Counted from the stretch's first letter, positions 48,620 to 58,861 are shown. The stretch is DNA of 64,000 nucleotides from an uncultured Actinomycetes bacterium (GCA_963714865.1 CAVQPR010000001.1:12775-76774); one strand, 5' to 3'. The notes: generated from the sequence alone by a model not told the origin. Translations and numbers: made by a program.

Positions 48620-49615
48620 ATGCCAGCTATCACCGTCGACGACATCACCGCCCTGCCCCGTGTCCCCGACGTGGAGCAGGGAACGCAGCGACCCGTTCGG
48701 TCCGTGACCGACGCGCCCAGCGCCCTGGAGGGCGAGGGCTTCCCGGTGCGGCGGGCCTTCGCCGGCGTGGACCTCGGAGACCTCGATCCGTTCGTCCACA
48801 TGGACCAGATGGGCGAGGTCGAATACGCGCCGGGCGAGCCGAAGGGCACGCCCTGGCACCCACATCGCGGCTTCGAGACCGTCACGTACATGATCGACGG
48901 CACGTTCGAGCACGAGGACTCGAACGGAGGCGGCGGCGTGATCACGAACGGCGACACGCAATGGATGACGGCAGGGGCCGGCATCCTGCACATCGAGAAG
49001 CCGCCGGAGCAGCTGGTGGCCAGCGGCGGGCTGTTCCACGGGTCGCAGCTCTGGGTGAACCTCCCGAAGGCGCAGAAGTGGGCTCCCCCCAGGTATCAGG
49101 ACCTCCGGGCGGACGAGGTGGGTCTCCTCGCCTCGGCCGACGGCGGGGCGCTCGTGCGGGTGATCGCGGGCGACCTGGCCGGCCACCGCGGCCCGGGCGA
49201 CACGTACACGCCGATCACCTACGCACACGCCACGGTCGCGCCCGGTGCTCGACTCGACCTCCCGTGGAACCCGGCGTTCAACGCGCTGGTCTACGTCCTG
49301 GCCGGCCGTGGGACCTTCGGCGCTGAGCGGCGACCGATCGAGTCGGGCCAACTCGCCGTGTTCGGTCCGGGCGACGCGATCCGCATCGAAGCCTCCACGA
49401 CGCAGGAGAGCCGGGCTCCGGCGCTCGACGTGCTGCTGTTGGGCGGCCGTCCGATCGGCGAGCCGGTCGCCTGGTACGGGCCGTTCGTCATGAACACGCG
49501 CGACGAGCTGGTCGAGGCGTTCGAGGACTACCAGGCCGGCAGGCTCGGGTCGATCCCCGCGGCGCACCACACGCCCGACGAGATCGTCGAGCACTCGGTC
49601 GAACCGGGGGACTGA
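48620..49615 (+). CDS. pirin-family bicupin protein
   Basis: GFPVRRAF...PFVHMDQMG...GTPWHPHRGFETVTYMIDG...H.D. SD GAAGGAG upstream of ATG 48620. Confidence 0.9.
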   Translation: MPAITVDDITALPRVPDVEQGTQRPVRSVTDAPSALEGEGFPVRRAFAGVDLGDLDPFVHMDQMGEVEYAPGEPKGTPWHPHRGFETVTYMIDGTFEHEDSNGGGGVITNGDTQWMTAGAGILHIEKPPEQLVASGGLFHGSQLWVNLPKAQKWAPPRYQDLRADEVGLLASADGGALVRVIAGDLAGHRGPGDTYTPITYAHATVAPGARLDLPWNPAFNALVYVLAGRGTFGAERRPIESGQLAVFGPGDAIRIEASTTQESRAPALDVLLLGGRPIGEPVAWYGPFVMNTRDELVEAFEDYQAGRLGSIPAAHHTPDEIVEHSVEPGD

Positions 49616-49676
49616 CCGGCCACGGGAGGCTCGAGTCTCGCCCCTATCATCGGGTCTGCGACGAAGGAGGCTCGAG

Positions 49677-50058
49677 ATGTCCACGGACCATCGGATCGAA
49701 TGCCTATACCTGTCCCAGGAGGATCTCCTGGAGGCGGGGTGCCTGGACCTGAACCTCGCGATGTCGGCGGCCGAGGACGCGATGCTGGCGTTGCGCGCAG
49801 GCCAAGTTGCATCTGAGCGCGATGAAGCTCGTGATCCCGGCGCTCACGCGGTGCGTGTCGGCCAAGTTCGGATGCGAGGAATCGCAGTTCGTCGACAAGA
49901 TGAGCGCCGTCTTCGTCGACATGGAGTTCTCTCCTGCCAGCGCTAACTCCCAAGCGGCCATGGATGGCGTCTGCGACGACTGGGAGACCGTGAAGCACCG
50001 CACCCAGATCCTGAGCCGCATGTACGAGGACGGGGAGCTGGCCGAGGGCAGGCGCTGA
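49677..50058 (+). pseudogene. short frameshifted ORF pair; possible remnant with an ornithine-cyclodeaminase-like N-terminus
   Basis: ORF 49677 begins MSTDHRIECLYLSQEDLLEAGCLDLNLAMSAAEDAMLALRAGQV and then loses coding character. ORF 49807..50058 continues in another frame. The total is far too short for an OCD-family enzyme. Confidence 0.3.
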
Positions 50059-50196
50059 CGTCCAGCAGGACATGATCTTCGAGCACGAGGGTCTCGTCGA
50101 CCTGATCCGCATGTAGCTACCCGTGCCACGAGGTACGAAGCCCAGTCGTCCTCCAGTTGCCCTGTCAGACTGGGGCTCTCTTCGGGAGGGTTTCGA

Positions 50197-51136
50197 GTGG
50201 CCGACCTACACGTTGTCTTCGGTACCGGCGCCGTCGGCCTTGCGCTCGTCGAGCATCTAGCCGACCAGGGCCACCGTGTACGCGCGGTCAGCCGCAGTGG
50301 ACACGCCGACGTGCCCGAAGGCGTCGAGGCCCTGAGCGGAGACGCCTTGGACCCGGAGTTCTGCATCACGGCAGCCGAGGGCGCGGCCGTCGTCTATCAG
50401 TGCCTCAACCCTCCCTACACGCAGTGGCCCGAGTTGTTTCCCAAGCTGCAGGCTGGGGTTCTGGTGGGGGCTTCCTCGGCGGGCGCCAAGCTGGTCTCGC
50501 TCGAGAATCTCTACATGTATGGCCCCACGGGTGGCGCGCCCATCACGGAAGACCTCCCGGTACGCGGCGACCGGCCGGAAGGGTCGCACGCGAGCGAAGA
50601 TGGCCGAAGACCTGCTGGCTGCCGGCGCCGCAGGGAGCGTGCGGGTCGCGATCGGTCGGTCCTCGGACTACTACGGACCTCGAGGGCTGCTCTCCGCCAT
50701 GGGAGCGCGCATCTTCTACCCTGCGCTGGCGGGCAAGAGAACCCGGGTACTGGGTGATCCGGACCAACCCCATACCTACAGCTATGTCCCCGACATCGCC
50801 AGGGGACTCGCCGTCCTCGGGGAGCACTCCGAAGCCGACGGGGAAGTGTGGCATCTGCCGAATCCACCGACCGCCACCACGAGGGAGTTCATCGAGCAGA
50901 TATTCGAGGTCGTCGAACACGAGCCAGGCATATCCAGCCTGCCCTCGGCGGCGGTGTCGCTTGTGGGGTTGTTCAATAAGGACGTTCGCGAGCTGAAGGA
51001 GATGTTGTACGAGTTCGAGGATCCGTACGTCGTCAACTCGGAGAAGTTCGTGACGACGTTCGGAGATCTCGCAACGCCGCGTCTCGAATCGATCCAGACC
51101 ACGGTGGAGTGGTTCCGCACCCACCCCCAGTCCTGA
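50197..51136 (+). pseudogene. NAD-dependent epimerase/dehydratase (SDR) family gene with one frameshift near 50565-50575
   Basis: N-terminal VVFGTGAVGLALVEHL (Rossmann) runs through ...APITEDLPVR in the frame of 50197. It continues ...TGRKGRTRAKMAEDLLAAGAAGSVRVAIGRSSDYYGP... in the frame of 50519. Confidence 0.75.
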
Positions 51137-51150
51137 TCACACGTCGGGCG

Positions 51151-52286
51151 TCATCGACCAGCCGCGACCTCGGCCAGCACCTCGTCGACGAGCGAGAGGC
51201 CCTTCATCATGTGATCGACGTCGTAGCCGAACCCGACGCGGAACCCCTTCTTCAGGCCGAGCATGACCCCCGGCACGAGCAGCACGCTGTGGTCGGTGCG
51301 GACGCGCTCCACCAGGTGGATGCTCGCGATCGGAAGGTCGTACTTCGCGTAGGCGATCGCGCCCGCGTCCGGGCGGTCCCAGCGCACCACGTCGCGGTGG
51401 CGCTCGAGCCACGCCTCGAGCAGCGGGTAGTTCGCGCGGACGATCGCGCGTGTGCGCTCAAGGATCGCCTCGCGCACGGCGGGGTCCATCGCCAGCGCCG
51501 TCAGCCGGTCGCCCACGGCTGAGGGCGTGAGGGTCGTGTAGTCGTGGCGATCCCAGAGGCGGGCGATCATCTTCTCGGGGGCGACCGCCCATCCCACCCG
51601 AAGTCCGGGCATCGCGAAGGCCTTCGACAGGCCGCTGGTCACGATGACTCGCTCGTACCGGCCGAAGAACGTCGGCGACGCGACGTCGGTGTCGAGCTCG
51701 GCTCCGCGGTAGATCTCGTCGGCGACGATCCACGCGCCCACGCGGTCGGCGGCCTTCACGACCTCGTTCATCTCGGCGTCGGTGAGCACGTGGCCGGTCG
51801 GGTTGTTGGGGTTGCACACCATGACGGCCTTCGTGCGCTTGGTCACGGCGTCGTGCAGCTGGTCGACGTCCAGCCGCCATCCCGTCGTCGCCCAGGCGCA
51901 GTCGCACGCGGTCGGCTCGCTTGCCGAAGAACGAACCGAGTCCCCAGCCCTGCATGTAGTTCGGCACCATGAACGCGAGCCGGTCACGGGGTTCGAGCAA
52001 GCGCCCACAAGCGCGAGGAGGTTGGCCTCCGAGCCCCCGTTGACCATCGTGACGTTCTCCGGCCGTGGCGCCCGGGTACCACGAGGCGATGTTCGTCCGA
52101 GCCTCGTGACGAGCCCTCGGACAGCGGATATCCGAGGGCCGTCGCAAGGAAGGCCTCGGCGTCGGCGGCCGGTCCGAGCAGGTCCCGGATCGTCATCGGG
52201 GTCACGCCCGATTCCGACAGGTCGTAGTCGACCTCGTGCCAGTGCAGGGACTGGTACCGCTCCATCTCGAACCGCTCGATCTTCAT
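51151..52286 (-). pseudogene. class I/II pyridoxal-phosphate aminotransferase gene with about four frameshifts
   Basis: Plausible sequence hops frames. MKIERFEMERYQSL...YPLSEGS (frame X) leads to HEARTNIASWYPGATA (frame Z), then ENVTMVNGGSEANLLALVGAC (frame Y), then LEPRDRLAFMVPNYMQGWGLGSFFG (frame Z), then WRLDVDQL...VCNPNNPTG...SGLSKAFAMPGLRVGW (frame Y) to the stop at 51151. Confidence 0.75.
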
Positions 52287-52394
52287 CCCGAGGCCTCTCG
52301 TCGCGTGGCATCGCGACCGTAGCATCCGGGGTCGGCGTGCTTGGGGGTAGGCTCGCGACCGTGACCCAGGTCCGCATCCTGCGAGCGAGACGAC

Positions 52395-53331
52395 GTGCGA
52401 GCGTCGATCGACATGCGTTCCTGCATCGAGGCGTGCGAAGGGGCCTTCGTGGCCTACTCGACCGGCGCGGCCGAGTTGCCGAACGTGATCCATCTCGACG
52501 TGCCGGAGGCCAAGGGTGAGATCCACGTGAAGGCCGGGCATCTGCACGGATCCCCGTACTTCGCCGTCAAGGCCGCGAGCGGGTTCTACGGCGTGGAGCC
52601 GCCGGCGATCGATGGCCTCGTCGTCGTCTTCGATGCCCGAGATGGATCGCCGGCGGCGTTCCTGCTCGACGGCGGATACCTGACCGATCTGCGGACGGGG
52701 GCGGCGGGAGGCGTCGCCGCACGGCACCTCGCGCCGGATCGTGTGGATCGGGTGGCCGTGATCGGGACCGGCGCGCAGGCGAGGTGTCAGCTCGACGCTC
52801 TCTCCGAGGTGAGACCCGGGTTCGCCGAGGTGCGCGTGTGGGGAAGGGACCCAGGGCATGCCGAGCTGGCGGCCGAGGACCTGCGGGCACGCCTCGGCGG
52901 TGCCTGCGCGGTCGATGTCGCCGCGTCCGTGCAGCAGGCCGGTCCTCGGAGCCGACGTCGTGATCACGTGCACGGCCGCTCGCCAGCCGCTCGTCGAGGC
53001 CGAATGGCTCGCTCCCGGGGTGCACGTCACCGCGGTCGGCTCCGACGGGCCCGGCAAGCAGGAGCTCGACCCCGAGATCCTCCGCCGCGCCGACGTGCTG
53101 GTCGTCGATTCGCGCGATCAGTGCTCGCGCCTCGGCGAACTGCAGCACGCGGTCGATCAGTCGGCCGGGGCTCTGGAGCTCGGTGACGTCTGTGCGGGTC
53201 GTGCCGAGGGCCGGACCTCGGCAGCCCAACTCACCGTCTGCGATCTCACCGGCGTGGGCGTGCAGGACGTGGCCGCGGCGAACGCCGTGATGGCCGCAGC
53301 GGACGGCCGCGGCGAGACGATCGATCTCTAG
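52395..53331 (+). pseudogene. ornithine cyclodeaminase / mu-crystallin family gene with one frameshift near 52935-52945
   Basis: CIEACEGAFVAYS...LTDLRTGAAGGVAARHLA...VAVIGTGAQA lie in frame 1 up to ...ASVQQA. VLGADVVITCTAARQPLV...VTAVGSD...DLTGVGVQD follow in the frame of ORF 52858. The junction looks like one extra G. Confidence 0.75.
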
Positions 53332-54911
53332 CGAGCGCCCTCGGTGCCTTGGGGCTCGATCTCGTAGGTCCTGACGGGGCGGCTCACCCCTTTCAAGGCG
53401 ACTTCGTCAACGGGCGTGGCGGTCACGATCTGTCGCACCTCGTCAAGGGTGCGTTCGCTGATCAGGATCTGCCCGGCGTCTGCCCGATCGGACAGGCGCG
53501 CAGCGAGGTTCACGTCGTTGCCCAGCACCGTGTAATCGCTGCGTGAGGACGAGCCGATGTCCCCGACGGTGACCCACCCGGTCGAGATGCCGATCCCGAT
53601 CTTGAAGGCCTCCTCGTATCGGTGGAGCCACCGCTCCTGCAGGGTCAACATCCGCTCGCGCATCTCGAAGGCCATCCGCACCGCGCGCTCCGCGTGATCG
53701 TGCTGGGGGACCGGGTCGCCGAAGAACACCATGACCGCGTCACCGACGTACTTATCGAGCGTCCCTCCCCAGCGGAACACGATCTCGGTCATCTCGGACA
53801 GGTAGTCGTTCAACTCATCGATCAGTTCCTCGGGCTCCATCCGCTCGGACGCCGACGTGAAGCCCCGGACGTCGGAAAAGAAGATCGTGAGCAGCTTCCG
53901 TCTGGGCGCGAGATCGAGATCGCCCTCGCCGGCGACGATCGAATCGGCCAGCTGCGGAGAGAGATAGCGTTTCAGGCGTGAGGCGCGTTCGAGCTCGGCC
54001 ACCTTGGCGTCGACCGCCTCGCGGAGGTTGGAGTTGAGGGTCTCCAGATCCAGGTAGGCGGACGAGAGCTGCTCGGCGGTTCGATTCAGGTTCCTCGTGA
54101 GGTTCCCGAACTCGTCGCGGTTCGGCACATCGATGCGGGTATCGAAATCCCCGTCGGCCAATCGTGCCAGGGCTCCGTCGACGCGTCTGACGGGCCGGAT
54201 CAGCGACCAGGACAGGATCGCCCCCAGGGCGAGCGCCGCGAGCAGGCTGGCCCCGGAGAACGAGATGACGACCAGCGTGAGGAAGCGGCGGTTCCCTGCG
54301 AAGGCCTCCGTTTCTTGAGTGAACAGCTCCTGCGAGTCCGCGATGAGCAGGTTGAGCTGGTCCTCGAGGACGTGGGATTGGGTGTGCTCCTGATCGATGT
54401 GCACGAGCAGGGCCTCGTCAACCGCGCTCGCCATGTACAGGTCGGTGACCTCGTCGCTCGACTCGCGGAAGACCTGGTTCGCCGTCGATAGGGTGTCGAA
54501 GAACTCTGGCCGCGGCGGGATGGAGTATCGACGGATCTCCGCGAGGTTCGCATCGAACTCGCCCTTGGCGACGTAGATCTTCTCCGTCCACGAGGGGTCG
54601 TCGGTGAGCAGCGCCATGGCTCGGAAGTGACTCTGGGCGGTCACCTCGTAGATCATCTGGCGAGCTTGATTCACCTGGTTGCTGAGCGCGGTGAGTCGCG
54701 CCACCTGGTCGTTGACACGCTCGAGCACGATGACGCTCACGACCCCCATCGACAGCAGCAGCAACGCGATCACGAGGAACCCCGCGAGCAGCTTCGTGTG
54801 GATGGTCGCCTTGATCCCCGCGACCAGGTCGACGGCGGGACGGAAGAACCTGGGCAGCGGTCCCAGCTCACGGTCGGACGCGTGTCGTTCGTCGATGGCG
54901 CTGGTCGTCAT
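53328..54911 (-). CDS. membrane class III adenylate/guanylate cyclase with a periplasmic loop and HAMP domain
   Basis: Two TM helices flank ~170 aa. The HAMP region is LIRPVRRVDGALARLADGDFDTRI...EFGNL, followed by the cyclase homology domain (TIFFSDVRGFT, KYVGDAVMVFFG, GNDVNLAARL). Confidence 0.85.
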   Translation of the reverse strand: MTTSAIDERHASDRELGPLPRFFRPAVDLVAGIKATIHTKLLAGFLVIALLLLSMGVVSVIVLERVNDQVARLTALSNQVNQARQMIYEVTAQSHFRAMALLTDDPSWTEKIYVAKGEFDANLAEIRRYSIPPRPEFFDTLSTANQVFRESSDEVTDLYMASAVDEALLVHIDQEHTQSHVLEDQLNLLIADSQELFTQETEAFAGNRRFLTLVVISFSGASLLAALALGAILSWSLIRPVRRVDGALARLADGDFDTRIDVPNRDEFGNLTRNLNRTAEQLSSAYLDLETLNSNLREAVDAKVAELERASRLKRYLSPQLADSIVAGEGDLDLAPRRKLLTIFFSDVRGFTSASERMEPEELIDELNDYLSEMTEIVFRWGGTLDKYVGDAVMVFFGDPVPQHDHAERAVRMAFEMRERMLTLQERWLHRYEEAFKIGIGISTGWVTVGDIGSSSRSDYTVLGNDVNLAARLSDRADAGQILISERTLDEVRQIVTATPVDEVALKGVSRPVRTYEIEPQGTEGAR

Positions 54912-55105
54912 GGCCCCCCGCGACCCTGCCTGGGCTCACAATCTAGTCCCAGTCGACGCGGGAATGCCAGGCCGCCGATCGCTCTCCGGGTTTCGGTTGC
55001 GCCCGAAGGAGCTGCGCACGAAGATGGGCCGATGGTCAGTGGCGATCACGGGCGAGCGGCGAGGGGTCAGTACCTCCGCTACCCGTTCCGGGGGGGCGAT
55101 CGACC

Positions 55106-56476
55106 GTGATCGTCCCGGAGACCCGCTACGCGACGACCGCCGACGGCGTCCACGTCGCCTACCAGGTCGTGGGCGATGGGCCGGTCGACATCCTCTTCGT
55201 CCTCGGCTGGGTGACCCATATCGAGAAGATGTGGACGGAGCCGAGGTTCGAGCGCTTCTTCACGCGCCTCTCGTCGTTCGCACGGGTGATGGTGTTCGAC
55301 AAGCGAGGCGTCGGGCTCTCCGATCGGGTGCCCGAGGACAGCCTGCCGTCGCTCGAGGTGCGCATGGACGACGCCAGGGCCGTGATGGATGCCGTCGGGT
55401 CCGAGCGCGCCGTCGTGCTCGGGGTCTCGGAGGGCGGGCCTATGGCCATGCTGTTCGCGGCGACGTACCCGGAGCGCACGATCGCGCTGATCGCCTTCGC
55501 CACGAGCGCTTGTTGGAACAACGCTGCGGACTACCCGTTCAGCGAGCCGGACCGAGACCTCGACCCGGAGATGGTCGCGTTCCGGGAGCGGCGAGAGCGC
55601 CTTTGGGGTACGAAGGAGCTCGCCAGGGAGTTCCTCGCAGAATCGTTCTCACCCTCGCTCGCCGACGACGAGCCGACCCTGACATGGCTGGCCGACTACA
55701 TGCGCAACGCAGCAAGCCCGGGCGCCATGAAGGCGCTGTCGGCCATGAATGGGGCCATCGACGTCCGCTCTGCGCTCCCGGCGATCCACGTTCCCACGTT
55801 GGTGCTCGCCCGCGACGATGATCTGGACTACCCGGCGGAGGAGACGCGATGGCTCGCCGATCAGATCAGGGGGGCGCGCTTCGTCTCGTTCCCCGGGGAC
55901 GATCACCTCTTCGTGATGGGCCGCCAGGACGATCTGCTCGACGAGATCGAGCGCTTCGTGGCCGAGGTTCGCGGCGAGGAGGCCGATCTCGATCGCGTGC
56001 TCGCCACCGTCATGTTCACCGACATCGTGGGCTCGACCGCGATGGCGGCCGAGCTCGGCGACAAGGGATGGCGCGATCTCGTTGAGCGTCATCACGGGGT
56101 CGTCAGGGCGATGCTCGGCCGCTTCCGCGGTGAGGAGGTCGATACGGCCGGTGACGGATTCTTCGCCACGTTCGATGGGCCTGCGCGCGGCGTCCGGTGC
56201 GCCCAGGCGATCTGTGAGGCGGTCCCCGATCTCGGGATCGAGGTCCGGGCTGGGGTGCATACGGGCGAGGTCGAGACGATCGCCGGAAAGGCGGGAGGGA
56301 TCGCCGTCAACGTCGGCGCTCGGATCGCTTCGCTCGCCCGACCCTCAGAGGTGCTCGTCTCCCACACCGTCCAGGGGCTCGTGTCCGGTTCCGGTCTCGG
56401 GTTCGAAGACGCCGGGGAGCACGAGCTCAAGGGCGTTCCGGATCGGTGGCGCCTGTTCCGCGTGGTAGGCACGTGA
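55106..56476 (+). CDS. alpha/beta-hydrolase / class III nucleotidyl cyclase fusion protein
   Basis: The N-terminal hydrolase fold has GVSEGG (GxSxG). The C-terminal part is ATVMFTDIVGST...TAGDGFFATF...GIAVNVGARI...HELKGVPDRWRLFRV. This architecture is known from mycobacterial LipJ-type cyclases. Confidence 0.85.
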   Translation: MIVPETRYATTADGVHVAYQVVGDGPVDILFVLGWVTHIEKMWTEPRFERFFTRLSSFARVMVFDKRGVGLSDRVPEDSLPSLEVRMDDARAVMDAVGSERAVVLGVSEGGPMAMLFAATYPERTIALIAFATSACWNNAADYPFSEPDRDLDPEMVAFRERRERLWGTKELAREFLAESFSPSLADDEPTLTWLADYMRNAASPGAMKALSAMNGAIDVRSALPAIHVPTLVLARDDDLDYPAEETRWLADQIRGARFVSFPGDDHLFVMGRQDDLLDEIERFVAEVRGEEADLDRVLATVMFTDIVGSTAMAAELGDKGWRDLVERHHGVVRAMLGRFRGEEVDTAGDGFFATFDGPARGVRCAQAICEAVPDLGIEVRAGVHTGEVETIAGKAGGIAVNVGARIASLARPSEVLVSHTVQGLVSGSGLGFEDAGEHELKGVPDRWRLFRVVGT

Positions 56477-56739
56477 CCCGGGTCCCCGACGTTCTGTACG
56501 CGAAGAGCGGCGATGTCAGCGTCGCCTATCAGATCGTGGGGGATGGGCCGATCGACATGGTCTTCGTGCGCGGCTTCACGGGAGACCTGCTTTCGGGGTG
56601 GGATCAGCCCTTGCCGGTTCGTCACATCGAGGGGCTGGCCCGGCACACCGCGGGCTCCGACCTCGCGATCGAAGACGCCGGAGAGCATGAGCTCAAGGGC
56701 GTGCCGGGTCGGTGGCGCCTGTTCCGGGTGACGGGCTGA
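56473..56739 (+). pseudogene. head-plus-tail relic of a hydrolase-cyclase paralogue (88-codon open frame)
   Basis: GTG 56473 overlaps the upstream stop (GTGA). About 62 N-terminal codons resemble the N-terminus of 55106..56476 (VAYQIVGDGPIDMVFVRGF vs VAYQVVGDGPVDILFVLGW). The last ~26 codons match its C-terminus: 56669..56730 vs 56403..56464, with 5 mismatches in 62 nt. Confidence 0.6.
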
Positions 56740-56779
56740 CCTCATCTCCGCGCCGCGACCCACGGGATAGGGTTCCGCG

Positions 56780-57262
56780 GTGGGGTCTCCGTCGTTGGAA
56801 GCGATCGTCCTCTACCTCGATGCAGGCGTGATCCGCCACGTCTTCCCGCACGGCCGCGAGACCGTCGTCGCCGAGTGGGATCCGGATCTCGATCCTGCGG
56901 AGTCGATCGTCGATTCGGTGGCCGGGCTGGGGATGCTCCCAACGATGGTGCACTCCACCTCCTGGCGAGTGGTCGAGCGTCGGCTCCTGCTCACGTTCCT
57001 CGTGGTGGTCGAGCCGTCGCTGGATCTCCCGGCGATCTACGAGATCGAGCCGGTGACCAGGGCCGACCTCGCCCGTGGTCACGCCACGCGATCGCCCTCC
57101 ACGGTGCATCTCTCACAGGTCGTGGAGCATGGCCTGCGGCATCTGGCGTGGCTCCTCAGGGCCGACGACGCGATCCGGGTGGCCTTGCCCGCGTGGCGAT
57201 CGGCGCTCGTCGACTACGAACCCGAGCCATTCCGGGCGTTCGGCCGCGAGCCCGGCTCCTGA
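56780..57262 (+). CDS. hypothetical protein (160 aa)
   Basis: GC3-rich, coding-like ORF between the cyclase relic and the GT2 gene. No family recognised. GTG start with a weak SD. Confidence 0.5.
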   Translation: MGSPSLEAIVLYLDAGVIRHVFPHGRETVVAEWDPDLDPAESIVDSVAGLGMLPTMVHSTSWRVVERRLLLTFLVVVEPSLDLPAIYEIEPVTRADLARGHATRSPSTVHLSQVVEHGLRHLAWLLRADDAIRVALPAWRSALVDYEPEPFRAFGREPGS

Positions 57263-57325
57263 ACGACCCGACCGAGCACGATCCTCTCCCCGACATCGAC
57301 CGCGCAGCATTACCCGATCATCGGT

Positions 57326-58861
57326 ATGCCGTTGCAGTGCAAGGACGTCGATACGGGTACCAGGAGGTTCACCGAGGTGGGATCCATCGATAAGAAGTCA
57401 CCGGAGCCAGCGACGCGAGGCGTGCGCCTTCGCGTCGCGAGCGACGAACCCTCCGCGCTCCCGCTCGAGTACCGGATGCGCAACTGGGCGTTCCGACTGA
57501 CGGTCGCCGGCCTCGTGCTCGCCGTCTTCATCGCGATCCGGGTCGCCAAGGCCGCGATGTGGCCTGCGGGCGGACACGCCGCCGACGGCTGGCTGGACCA
57601 GCTCGTCGTGTGGGGTGCCATCACCTGGTCGATCTTCCTTCCCTGGGCCGTGGCCGACGTCGTCGGCTGGCTGATGTACCGCCGACACACGCGTCCCGAC
57701 GTCGACGTCGCCCGATCCCGTCCCGTGAGCCCCATGCCCCGCCGCGTGGTCTTCCGGGTCGTGACCCGTGGCGATCAGCCCGACATCGTGGTGGCGACCG
57801 TGTGGTCGATCCTCGAGGCGATGCAGGCGCAGCCGCTGTTCCCGTACGAGGTCGAGGTCGTGAGCGACGACCCCGTGGAGCTGCCCGATCATCCCGGCGT
57901 GCGTGGCATCGTCATCCCCGCCACGTATGCGACCGACCACGGGGCGACCCACAAGGCCCGCGCGCTCAACTACGCGCTCGAGACATCGCCGGCATCGGAC
58001 GACACCTGGCTCATGCACCTCGACGAGGAATCACACGTCACCGAGGAGCTCATCGCCGGTATCCGCGAGGCCGTGATCGAGGAGGAGCGGACCGGGCAGC
58101 ACCGGATCGGCCAGGGGCTGGTCACCTACGAGCGAGGCCTCGGGCCCAACCCCCTCTACACGCTGGCGGACTCGATCCGCGCGGCCGACGACCTCGGCCG
58201 GTTCCACCTGCAGTACCGGATGCACCGGATGCTGTTCGGGATGCACGGCTCGTTCATCCTGGTCCGCAACAGTGTGGAGAAGGCCGTCGGGTTCGACTTC
58301 CCGCCCGAGGGGTGCACGACGGAGGACACGACCTTCGCCCTGCTCCAGTCCGAGGCCGGCACCGGTTTCCGCTGGGTCCGCGGCCGCGTGATCGAACAGT
58401 CACCCGCGAGCTTCCGCGACTTCATCCGCCAGCGCCGCCGGTGGTTCACCGGCATGTGGTGGGGAGCGCGGCACGCGCCGACCCGCCGCCGTTACCGCGC
58501 GCCGCTGTGGGGCGCGATGTTCATGTGGTCGGTGGGCTGGCTCGGCTTCGGTTACGCGTTCCTGCGGATCTTCTCCGGCGTGGCGATCCCCTTGCCCCTC
58601 GCCTTCGTCGGCGACGCCATCTTCGCCGTCTACGTGTCGAATTACCTGCTCGGCCTGTGGGTGAGTCTCGCGGGGTCCCGCGTCTCGCTTGCCCGCCGCG
58701 CGGGCTACTTCGCCGCCCAGGTCCTGCTCCTGCCCGCGTTCCAGTTCATCGAGGCGACGGCCGTCGTCTACGGCCTGGTGCGGCCCGAGCGGCGGTTCCA
58801 CGTCGTCGCGAAGCCCGTGATCGAGGACGACGGAACACCGGCCGACCGTTCGGCCGCCTGA
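57326..58861 (+). CDS. polytopic membrane family-2 glycosyltransferase (processive-type, QxxRW-like motif)
   Basis: The GT-A core has ...VVSDD..., HLDEES (DxD-like), TEDT and QRRRWFTGMWWG, flanked by N- and C-terminal TM helices. The start is uncertain: ATG 57326, GTG 57377 (AGGAGG, 9-nt spacer) or ATG 57476. Confidence 0.75.
   Translation: MPLQCKDVDTGTRRFTEVGSIDKKSPEPATRGVRLRVASDEPSALPLEYRMRNWAFRLTVAGLVLAVFIAIRVAKAAMWPAGGHAADGWLDQLVVWGAITWSIFLPWAVADVVGWLMYRRHTRPDVDVARSRPVSPMPRRVVFRVVTRGDQPDIVVATVWSILEAMQAQPLFPYEVEVVSDDPVELPDHPGVRGIVIPATYATDHGATHKARALNYALETSPASDDTWLMHLDEESHVTEELIAGIREAVIEEERTGQHRIGQGLVTYERGLGPNPLYTLADSIRAADDLGRFHLQYRMHRMLFGMHGSFILVRNSVEKAVGFDFPPEGCTTEDTTFALLQSEAGTGFRWVRGRVIEQSPASFRDFIRQRRRWFTGMWWGARHAPTRRRYRAPLWGAMFMWSVGWLGFGYAFLRIFSGVAIPLPLAFVGDAIFAVYVSNYLLGLWVSLAGSRVSLARRAGYFAAQVLLLPAFQFIEATAVVYGLVRPERRFHVVAKPVIEDDGTPADRSAA

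Noticed and set aside
49626-49675. 10-nt direct repeat GAGGCTCGAG (49626-49635 and 49666-49675) after the pirin gene
   Set aside because: It is short, contains the common CTCGAG palindrome, and is easily explained by chance in GC-rich DNA. The second copy simply overlaps an SD-like AAGGAGG.
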